Shown one piece after another: positions 44,729 through 55,549 of a DNA stretch of 64,000 bases; the stretch's first letter is position 1; every line of letters begins with the position of its first letter. The stretch lies in assembly GCA_004764695.1 (NCBI GenBank), contig SMSO01000007.1:1681270-1745269 (forward strand), given 5' to 3'. The position numbers were made by a program, and so were the translations under genes. The stretch is from Schizochytrium sp. TIO01. Lineage: Eukaryota > Protista > Bigyra: Labyrinthulomycetes. The notes under the pieces were generated by a model. The model ran no database searches. It was not told the origin of the DNA and worked only from the letters and a program-made list of their open reading frames with translations.

Positions 44729-47700
44729 GAATTACCGTTGTCAATGCTGCAGTTGTCTCGCCAATCGCAAAGCTGTTGATTTGGTGTGTTGCAAAGTACT
44801 AGTCCGAGGCAGTGTAATGCCTCAGGAGGATGTGTAATGCCCTCGGTGTGATGTAATTAATTAATCAATTAACGGGGCCTATTATGCGCCGGTAATGAAA
44901 GAAGCCGTGAAATGAGGTACCCAGGCGGAAATTCCCGTCACGCCAGCAGCCGGCCAGGCTCTACGAGGCAACAGCCGCCTGGCTGAACCCGCGTCGTGAT
45001 GAGAGCTCGTGTCGAGCGACAGCGGCGTATTTGCCTGGCAGGGTTCTTTCTGCTCGCCCAGGACTCGCGATGGCAAATAGCGCTCGCTCGCTCGCTCGAC
45101 TATTTCTACTTCTATCTAATGTGTTTCTTCTTGCCGCAAAGTGTTTACAGCGCGAGCGAAGAAGCAAGTAAACTCTGGGCGGGCAGGACGAGACGAGGCA
45201 AACCGAAGCGGTCTTTGCGAAATGTTTCGTGTGCCGCTTCAGGCTTCGTCGCAACCTTGGACGAGTGGCAGCAAGGTTCCTGCGCGCCGACGATCCGATC
45301 CGGTTCGATTCGATTCGATCTGATTTGAGAAACCTTCTTCTACCTACCTCCAGAGCAGAGTCAAACAATCAGTTGATCAGTGGATCGATTCGCGCTCGAT
45401 CGCACGCCGGTTCCGTCGCTTTGGTTGCGGGTCTGGCTGCGACGGGGTGTCTGCCCGGACGACCGGCTGTCTGATTCCGCCTGCAGCTTGCTTTGCAATG
45501 TTCTTTGCAGCTCTGTAGCAGTGTCGTCTTTGCTTTTGCTCAACTTCGTTCAAGCTAGATTGGTGAACTGTCCAACAAAACTACAATTTTGTAGTACCCA
45601 ATTTTCATTACTTTCAACCAAAATTAAAATACATACCCTATCTATCTATCTATTACCTACGCTAGCACTACCCACATCCTGCCTATCGAGGAATGTAATT
45701 AAAAACTCTTTCTTTCCAAAGCCATTTCATCGCTCTTTTCTGTTCTTTTCTGTTCTTTTCTTTTCTTTTCTTTTCCTTTTCTTCCTTCTTCGAAGTGCGA
45801 CTTTCTTTGCTTTCCAAGATTACGCAATAACGAGGTTTCTATATTTGTATGTATGTGCGTATGTATGTATGTATGTATTATATATCTATGCTCCATTACC
45901 TCTCAATACGATACATTACAGTACAAAGAAACCCCTTTGACCCTCCACGATGCTTCACTTCTTTCTATCCGCAGCGTTCAGGTTTGTCTCTGCCATTGCT
46001 CCGCCTCGCTCAACGAACGCAGACAACGGCTGAAAGAAAGGAGTTCTCAGGCGGCCTCCGCGATGCCAATGCGGACTGCTGTGTACCCGTCTTTCTATCT
46101 ATGCAATTATTCATTCATTCCTTCATTCCTTCATTCCTTCATTCATTCATTCATTCATTTGATGATGATGGATGGTAACTTATCATAGCAATTGCGCTGA
46201 TTCATTCCTCCATTTACGATGCGAGATCTGAGGAGGTGAATGAAACTCGGACAGACTGATGTCGCTTTCTTTGGCTTTGGTCTGCGACATTGGTTTGGTT
46301 AGTTGTCGGGTTACTTCGAAGCAGAGTTGATTTGGCCTCTTCGACGAACGCAGAGATCTGTCTATGGGTGCTTTTAGTTCTCGCTTGGACCAAGAAATGA
46401 ATGAATGTAATGTAATGTAATGTAATGAAATGGAATCTAATGTGATATGATGTGATGTGATGGGATGTAATTAATGTAATGCAGCACCAGATCACAGGGC
46501 AGTGCTTTCCGTTCTCCTGCAGCCTGGATCTGGCCCACCGAAAGGAGGAATATCGATGCCGCCGGAGGCCTCACTTGAAGTCCGATTGGATTGGCCTCGA
46601 ACGAATTGAGCCGTATCGGAATCGATCTATCTGTCAATCGTCCTTTCTCTTTTTCTCTTTTTTCTCTTTTTTCTCTTTCTTTTCTTGTTATGTTTCGCTT
46701 TTAGAGGTCCGCGAGCCCTCGCGGTTCTGCGGCAAGCGCCCTATTAATCCTGTATCCAACGGTTTGGCGCAATCTTTCGGGCGTGCGGGTTATAGTATGA
46801 GGAACCGCGCGAGGTAAAGACTTTCACGGGGCCTGGGCAAAGGGGAGAAAGGAGGGCGCCAGCACTCGGTGGAAAAGGAGGCTCCCAGCGCCGCAAGGTG
46901 GGGCAAGAAAGAGAGGGCTTGAGATGTGAAATGACAAGAGACGGCGGAATATCGTTACCGAGAGATAACAATCGCGGTCGATGAAAGCGATGCGGCGAAA
47001 GCGGTAAATTGAGATTTCAACCAAACTTTCTTCGATTGTCAGGCACATCTAAGAAAGAAAGAAAGAAAGAAAGAACTTGAGACTGGAAAGAAAGGAGGGA
47101 CTTTCACGGACTCAGACGGACGAGGATGATGAGCACGAAGGGAAGAGGAACAATTGGCATTGCTATTATACCACAGCGCGACCAGTTTGCAGATATTGAA
47201 TGACGAAGATGAATTACGGTGTTTGTTTCCTTGTGTTTTTTAAGTTGGGTTTTCTTGTTTGCTTTTCAAGACGCTAGATTCGTTTGGACGAAGGTGCGTA
47301 CCACTTTGCTTTTCTTTGGGGAACTTGTAGAGTAGAAGGTAGGAGGACTCTTCGCGATCAGAGGAACGCTGGCGAGTATTTTCTTTTATACTTTTCTTTT
47401 CAAATTGTCTTCATAACAACTTCTTTCAAGTTTTTAATTAATTAATATAATTTGTGTATCTCTAGAGTATTATAAATCGTCAGGAAAAAGAATGTATGCC
47501 ATAAAATTCAGTTTTGCTTATTTTACTTCATAAGGAAAATCATAGCTTACTGGCAAATCGTCCTTTGCATTGTATATATTGGATAAAGTGGAAACTAAAA
47601 TAGCCAAAATAATGACAACAACAATAATAACAATAACAATATCTTATACTTAAGCCTAATAATACCAACTAATCCATTTGATCGCGCAATAGCGGGAAAA

Positions 47701-50700
47701 GGATTTCGTGTGAAGGAAATCTTCTCATCGCATTCTGTTATCATTGCATATCAATAGAAGTGCTAGAGAACCAATGGGACAATGAGACAAAATACATAAA
47801 GTTATGAAATGGTAACAGTGAAGGTGCTCCTAGCTCCGTGCTTGCTTCTCTCTGGTTCTATCCATGTCCATCGAGATCCTGGCGATGGAGACGAATGAAT
47901 TGCGAGGTACGGATAGCACTCCTGACAAAGATGGCATACGTGAGTTGAAGAAGGACGCTGAGCAGGCTATCAGGGACGCTGAGGAGGGTCTGGGCAGGTA
48001 GGACAGGAACAGGTCGAGCGGAGCTGCGCAGGAATTGCGCAGAAGAAGACGGTTGAGGCGGAAGGTTGTCTCACTTGGCATTCGTTGTTACTCACGTCAC
48101 CTCGTTCACTCTTCTTAAATTTTCAAAAGCCTTGCTTGTTTGTTTATTCTACACATACGTAGTGCCAGATTATGAAAGTTGATGGATAAATTAAGACACC
48201 CAAATAAAATAGAATAGTACCTCGGTGCCATGGAGACGACCAGATGAGGATTGGTCTATGGCTCAGAGGTCTACGAAGAGGTGCTCAGAGATGGTTGGGT
48301 CTGAATTGATCAAGAAGATGCATTGATTTTCATGCGACCTTTTTCTTTTGGGTGAAGGTGGTTTTAAGCACGTTTCCTCTTTCAATGCCTTTGCTACCAC
48401 GAGATCTTACCGCCGCACATTTGAGGCAGGGAATCGCCCACCTTTTGCATAAAATGCACCACATTGTTTTTTAATAAAGGTAACAGCAGAAGTAAATGTA
48501 GGTATCAGCAGAAGTTCTCGTTTTCGTGTTTTGCTGAAAACAAAGTAGCGAAACGGTAATTCCTTATAAAACGAAGAAAAGGAAAACGAAAATAAATTTT
48601 AAAACACTTATGGATCAACTTGTAGATTGGGTTAACTATTCTGCAAGGTTTCTGTATTTACGTTTTTAGCGAACCTTGAAACGTACAAAAAACTTGAATT
48701 TAGAATCTCTACTATCCAACAAAGGAAATGAAAAAAAAAAAAAGTGAACCGCTAATACTTCCCCAAGACGTGCTCTCGGATCTGTGTTTTTTTAACTCTT
48801 ACCCTTCATAACTTTACCACCCAACAGTATAATTTGGCTCCAAAAGCTTTTGCAATGCCAATTCTTACATTGTCAGGAGGCATACGTTATGCAGATTCAA
48901 CCTGCTGCATTTCTCGGTGCACCTCAACTGGTATGTATAGATAAAGTGGGGTGTTACTAGTACACTCCTTATCAGACAACCGGGAACTATGCTGAGTTAA
49001 CGGTGGCTTGGAATTCAGCAAGAAACCAACCTTTATAAACACACCAATGGCAACTTAGTTAGACGATCTCCTCTCCTATGTTCAAGGTTCTGTTTTTATT
49101 CATATTATTGTAAAAACAATATTTCTTTTTAAGTTAAAAACAAATGTCTTGGCGTCTTCCCGCGGATCCCTCTTTGTTTTGGCATTTTCTCACTCTTTAT
49201 ATTCCTGTTACATACACGGGTTGTGGGAAACTTACAGAAGCACGACACCAAAGTTGGCAAGAGTCTTTCTTCTTATTCCTCTTCTTCTTACATAGTGATG
49301 CTTTACTTTAAAGAGATTCTTTTCTCCTTTTTCATTCAAAGTGCTCTTGAAGATTGCAAGGTGCAGAGCCATTTTTGCATGCACACGCGTGGCATTCGAT
49401 TTGTGCAGCTCCGGGATGTGACGAAGGATCATGTATATTTCCCCGTGTAACAGATGAGCATTGTGCTCAATTCTTGATGAAGATAACGCTTTTTTTTATG
49501 CGAACTATCTGACCAGGTCGAGATGGCCTTCGAATATCATAAACACTCTTTGAAGAGACCTTTGCCGCTGCTTCTGTGCTCCAAAAAGAATGTTCACTAT
49601 TTTCTTTCCCTCCTAAAGTTGTGCGTAGGTACCCTCGAAAAGAAGCCCTCCTCTCCTGATACTTTTTGTCTGTCTAAATTGCATGCGAGATTGATTTTGC
49701 ACATTGATACTTTACTCTTACTTCTACTACTAATGTTACTACTTCTGTAGTTCAATATTTCCGCCTCACCTGTGCAAAAAATCCCGCCTTCTCCGTTCGT
49801 GCTTTTCCACACGCAATCAGAATCGTTCACGCAGGTTTACGTAATTGACTTTCATCTTATTTTAGGGGAGCAGAGCAGGCCGAGGCGTGTCCAGATGAGT
49901 CCTTGATTCAATCCCTGGTTCAAGGCAGGCGAGCGAGAGATGAAGCCAAGACTATCGATGCATCGATCGAACAGTTCGCTCGAACTCAGTTGTTGTTTTC
50001 CTCTTAAAGTCCGGCCTCCTCATCAGACTCACAGCCATGATGATGGATCCTTTTTCGTAGGAACTGCTGAGTAGTTTTCAGAAGCCGGCAAAAACCCATT
50101 CGCTCAGCACCAAGCCGAGTCACCGCCTGTTATCCTGCAACAAACGCCGCTTCGCCCTGCGCTGGACGTGGCGTGGCCACACCTCGCTGCTCAGAGCACG
50201 CCAGCACCGCATCGCATCGCATTCCTTTCAAGACCAACAAACTCCTTCAATTCCAATTAATTGATTGTCCAACGAGAGGCGCCAGAATCCTGGTACCTAT
50301 GTACTGCTATGTCCACTTCAGGATTGGTTGTACACATATTACCTCCTAATTGGCGAACTTTGAAGAACCAGATCAATGGCTTACAGTTCATGGTACTGGT
50401 ACGTATCTATGGGACAGAGAGGGTCATTTTCATTTATAAGGAAACAAGCAGAGCCATACTTTTTCCGTCCCACTCTGCGGGTCTTTAGATTTAAGAGCGG
50501 TCCACGCCGTTTGAAAGTACTAGCTAGGCGTTCTCTAGTTGAGAGCGAGGAGGTGGACAAGCGCGAGGAGGTGGACAAGCGCGAGGAGGAGTTGCAAACG
50601 GCGTGGGATTGCGGGATGGCGATACAGACACGCAAAGAAGTTGCAAGGACCGCCGCAGCAGTGGAGGATGGAGGCTTTCAGCAAGGTTGCTACTGGCGTT

Positions 50701-50736
50701 AGAGTTGCGGCGAGGGACGAGGCGTGTTTGTGCGGC

Positions 50737-52126
50737 ATGGAGTCTCCGCCGCGAGCCGGCAGCTCGAGCTATGAAGCGTGGACGGACGAGGATGACAAGG
50801 AGAAGAAGCCTCGCCAGATTTTGTTGAAGAGTCGAAAGACTTGGTTCCTCGCAGCGCTGCTCGTCGTGGGCCACGGTTATCATCGTCTGGTTCATGGGCC
50901 CATTTACTTCGAGGGACAGCATCACCCCGAGCACCCGAGGCTACCTCTCTTCCGTGAAGATCGTGACGGAGAGCGACGAAAACACTGGATACACCGAAGT
51001 CGCCGAGGAGGCAGGCACCGCCACGAACATCAAGTCCGAATTACTGACGCTCCAAAAACTCAGCAGCGCGCGAGACGGCATCAAGAACCGATGCCCAAAG
51101 GGATCCATCATCCACTTTCTCTTTCCTCATGTCAACAAGGCTGGCGGTCGCTCCATGGAAGCCACCTTTGGGTCAGACGCCCGGTCTAGAGTTTTTTCTC
51201 GAGAAAGATATCTCTACCACGGCCCTCGCTCGCGCACACACAAGTTCAGGTTAACTGACTCGCATCGATCGTACACGCAGCTTGCTGTCAAGTTTGGCTG
51301 GAACAACAGTGTCAAGGAGCTAGACGCCAACAGCTTGGAGTTCACCTCGCATAAAAACTGTCTCCGATGGATGTTTGGCATGCGTGACCCGGTCTCAAGG
51401 ATGGTCTCGGCATTCTACGCCATGACAGGTCGAACGATTTCAAATCCAAAGTATGGCAAGAAGAATTCCCATGGTCTTTTTCAGCACTTCTCTTGCTATG
51501 ATAAGTCGGTGGGAAGCAAACGTATGTTGGACCCAGACTTCACCATCGAAGAGTGGGCACGCCTTCCTCTCGAGGAGCGCGAGCGCTGCAGTCCATCCTT
51601 TAACCTCCATGTAAGGTATCTCGCTCCTGAGTATCCTGACAACACACCGGAGCAACTCGAGGTTGCCAAGGTCCGTTTGGCGAGCATCAGCTGGTTCTAC
51701 ATCATTGAGCAAATGCAAGAGTCCTGGCAGCTCTTCTCATACGTGTACGGAACCGATTTCGTTACGTACACGCCGACCTTTAACTTAAACGAATACTCCA
51801 AGGATCTCAGCGACACTGCGCGTCGCGTCTTGGAGGAGCACAACAAGTACGACATTGAGCTCTACCAGTACGCTGTACAACTCTTCGAGGAGCGTATTCA
51901 GATCATGAATAAAGACCCAACGGATCCGTTCTTCAAGCCGTATTCTTTCGAGTGTGACCCGGAGCAGATTTGCTGGTCAAAGAACGATGCACGCACGTTT
52001 TGGCCCGTTTCCGAGGCTTCATGGGAGAAACACTATGCAACGCCTGGTGCCGCCAAAATTTTCCAAATTTGTACGGCTACCCGTGGCTGCTGGCGCAACG
52101 ATGCGAAAGACAAACCATTTCCCTGA
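50737..52126 (+). CDS. Type II Golgi membrane sulfotransferase (HS6ST/Sulfotransfer_2-like), interrupted by a 1-nt frameshift in the signal anchor
   Basis: 5'-PSB-like FPHVNKAGGRS, 3'-PB MRDPVSRMVSAFY, LEVAKVRLASISWFYIIEQ, NKYDIELYQYAVQLF. ATG 50737 (MESPPR...KTWFLAALLVV) joins the catalytic frame (ATVIIVWFMGPF) if one G of GGG 50868-50870 is removed. Confidence 0.85.
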
Positions 52127-53049
52127 TGCCGTTGCCGTTTTCGAGGCGTGAAAGACTTTGATTGACAGATGCTCATGCTGAAATTTTCCTGCAAACAAAC
52201 GACCCCAAACAAACAAACAAACAAACAAGTAATCCCTTACGATCCATGTAGTCAGCTTGCAATGTATGTACTAGTCTCGCAAGACGGATCCAAAAACTTA
52301 GTATTCTTAAACAGAGAACTAGTTGCAAATGTTCATTTTCTCTACTCTCTCTTTTGCTGCTACATTTCGATGAATGATGACGACGATGATGCTTAAAGTT
52401 TCCACTTTTTAGGGTCTCTTCGTCATCTTTTGGCCATTTCGTTGTTCTCACTACTCTCACTGTGTCTCTCTCTTAATTATATATATATTTTTTTTAATGT
52501 TTTTATCTTTTCTTTTTGTTTAACATTTTTGTTTAATTGATTTGTTTAATTTATTTATTTATCAAAGAAAAAATGGTTTTATTTTTAGATACTATGCACG
52601 ATAAAAAGGTGCCTCCTCTCGAACCGCTGGCTCGAAGCAGACATCAATTAGGTTGTTTATTTCATGAGAATAATGCGCGAAAGGCGTTGCTGTTGCTCGC
52701 GACGTTACGCCTCCCCTCTAATAAGGACCCCTGCGTCTGACTACCTGCCTAGTGATAGTGATAATGTACAACGATATCAGCCTTCTTGCTATAATGGTCA
52801 CGGTATTAGCTGATACGAGACTATCATCAACAATTTGCAAACCTTTTCGAAGCTGGGCTCAACACAATATGTGAAGCTTTTTCACTCCTACGTACTGTAG
52901 TTTTAATTCGGGGGGTGTTATGAAAAGGCTCTAGTCGTACAAATCCCAACCAATCAATTCGCAAGGCAGCACCCATTGCGCACGACGAGTATGATTTGAC
53001 CTGCCTAAGGAAAAACATTCCAAGGATTATATTTTAACCAGCGAGTTGA

Positions 53050-53950
53050 AGCAGCGCTCGTTTTTCTATGTAAACTCAGAACCTCGATGAGTCAATCTTC
53101 TCTCGCGACGTCAACATGAGCAGATAGGACCGAGATGAAGCTTCTAGCAAACTCTGGTCAAACTGATAAGCCCAAAACAACGTGAACACGCATTTGTCGC
53201 GCACAGCCTTTGTGTAGAGTAGAGAGAATGAAAAGGTAGCGGAGTAAATTTGGAAACAGGCTAGTAGGAATTTCCAGGTCCTCAAGTCCTGATTCATGGT
53301 CCGTCTCTAAGTTTCTTTGGGAACGAGGTAATCTCTTCTTCGTCCCCGCATTTTAGTTTTGGCACACCATGCATAGACGATGTCTTCATGAAAGTTTTGA
53401 GTTAAACAACTTTCCACGAAACGACAAGCTCAGCTCTGAGGTAGTCCTCTGTTTCCTTTTGTCATGGGCAAGATAGTGGAGAGAACGAACAATCTGCTCC
53501 TTTAAGTTTTGGAGCTATCTCTCTAGAAAGCGGGGAGTATCTTGTACCTAGGTACTACTTGTTTCTTGTGTCGTTTGGATCAACACATTACTCAACAATG
53601 TTTTCCAAAACTCGCGCCCTTTCTCGCTTTTATCGAGGGCAGTTTCCAGATGACACAGGTGTCTTTTAAACTTGTCTTTTAGTTTATTACTTCGAACTGG
53701 GTCATCATCTTTACAAGGTTTTTCTTCTATCACATATCCAAAGGTAAAGGTCGAAAATTCTCCGTTAATTTTGTTTTTGATAAACAATATGGGCGTAAGT
53801 TGCCACTGGGAGACAGCTGATGGTTTTTGTTCCGCTTCCGAGCTTAATCAAACAAGTTACGAATGCCGTGCTCCAAACCGTCCTTTTCAAGGAAATCAGA
53901 CCCTTCATCATAGATGGTGGTTTTTTCGTTTGAAGTAATCATAATTCATC
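53050..53950 (-). pseudogene. Possible degraded coding remnant, family unknown
   Basis: Consecutive protein-like fragments (TIYDEGSDFLEKDGLEHGIRNLFD*, KLKDKFKRHLCHLETALDKSEKGREFWKTLL, LKEQIVRSLHYLAHDK) separated by stops and frameshifts. Confidence 0.25.
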
Positions 53951-55549
53951 ATTTCAAATCAGTCAAAGTCTGAAAACAAAAGGCCAGCTAGGTGAAAGGC
54001 GACCACAGATTGAAAAGGCGGAGCAATACTTTTTTCTTTCTTTTTTGAACATATACATTTACATTTTTTTTAATTTTAAAAATTAATAATGATAATGTAT
54101 TGGTCTACTAGGCCTAGTACAGGCATGTAAAATCTAACAATACAAAAAACAATGATTGTAACTTATTTCCTCAACTCAGCAATGCAAGCTAAGACATTAC
54201 ACCTAAAATCCACGATACCTAGTACCATAGCGAGGAGCCAACGGCACTGTGCGAAACTTTGGGTGAAATCGGAAAAGGATACTCCACAGCCACTCGAAGT
54301 GAGTAAAACCAGATGAAACGCCAGCCTGTGCCGTGAACCCGCCGAAAGTGCACCGCGAGATACGGATGTAATGGATTTTCTTTTCTTTCTCAAGGCAACT
54401 GTCTCAGGCTCTTTCAAGGTTCTCTCATTGCGCGGAGTCGTAGCTACTGGAACTCGAGACACCGCATGATAGGAGAGAACTGTGAAGGAAAGAACGAGAA
54501 CGGATGGAAAAGTTGATACAATCTTACCAAAGATGAATGAATCTAGCTGCCCAGAGAACAAACTCTCCTAATGCATTAGGATTGAGTTTGTTACTTGGTA
54601 GTCTAAATTTAAGGCGTTGCTTACCGTAGTCTGTTTGAGCTTAGCGGACAACGACACCTACCATCTCAGTGCTCTCCAGGTAAACAGAATCAACTTTTGA
54701 AGTCAGAGTAAATATAGAGGAGAATGTGTGCAGCAGCCTCATACGCGAAGTCCGAAAAGGTGTCAAATATGCATATTCGCCAATAGCTCTACCTTTAACA
54801 CCAACTTTCAACATTAATAACATCAAGTAAGATCTTTCTCGCGCAATGCCCATTGTTGTTGACAGACAAAACTGAGATAGGTATGACTAATAAGTGCGAG
54901 GAATTGAGATGGATTATGTATAGTTAAGCAAAAATACTTTTATGTATCCCACCATGCTTTAAAAAAACACTAAGATACACTACCAAGAGGAAAAGTTGAT
55001 TATTCAATGTAAAATGGCAAAACCGATGGATAAATTAATATTGTACTATCTGAATTAGTACGGGAGATCCCTTTCTTTAGATCACATACAACGCTTCAGA
55101 ATAACCTCAACGAAGAATGAAGAATCCACATGAGCAGTCTAACTTGCAATGATGATAGTAGAGACTAGGTTTCGGAATCTAACATCCAACTACAGATGTT
55201 TGATACATTGAAGATGTCTTTCACCTAGGAATAGTACATAGAGCTAAATGTATAGAGTTGCAATTCAAATAATAAGAGCTTGGAAAAAGACCAGGTGAAC
55301 TAGTAAAAATCGAAAATAACATCCAGGCTCTTTTTTTTTTTGGCTTTGTTAATGAGCAACGAGGGAAAGATCAAAACGAATGACATACATGTCTGAGATC
55401 TTGACGTTTAATGGTTATTTGTAGTAGTTCTTTTGATTATCTATAAAGGGGGCACGCATATGTCTTGTGCCTTTTGAGCAAGTCTTGACATCTAATTTTG
55501 TTACGACATCTAATTTTGTTATCACAGGAATAAAAAACTCAAAGGCTCA

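Noticed and set aside
45295-45325. GGTTCGATTC resembling a tRNA T-loop/B-box
   Set aside because: Part of a (CGATT)n repeat; no cloverleaf
47830-48081. GC-rich coding-like island (83-aa minus ORF; plus frame DGIRELKKDAEQAIRDAEE with internal TAG)
   Set aside because: Strand and identity cannot be resolved; possibly an exon or remnant
50545-50590. 18-bp direct repeat GCGAGGAGGTGGACAAGC, ~2.5 copies
   Set aside because: Simple tandem duplication in a probable 5' UTR; no spacers, not CRISPR
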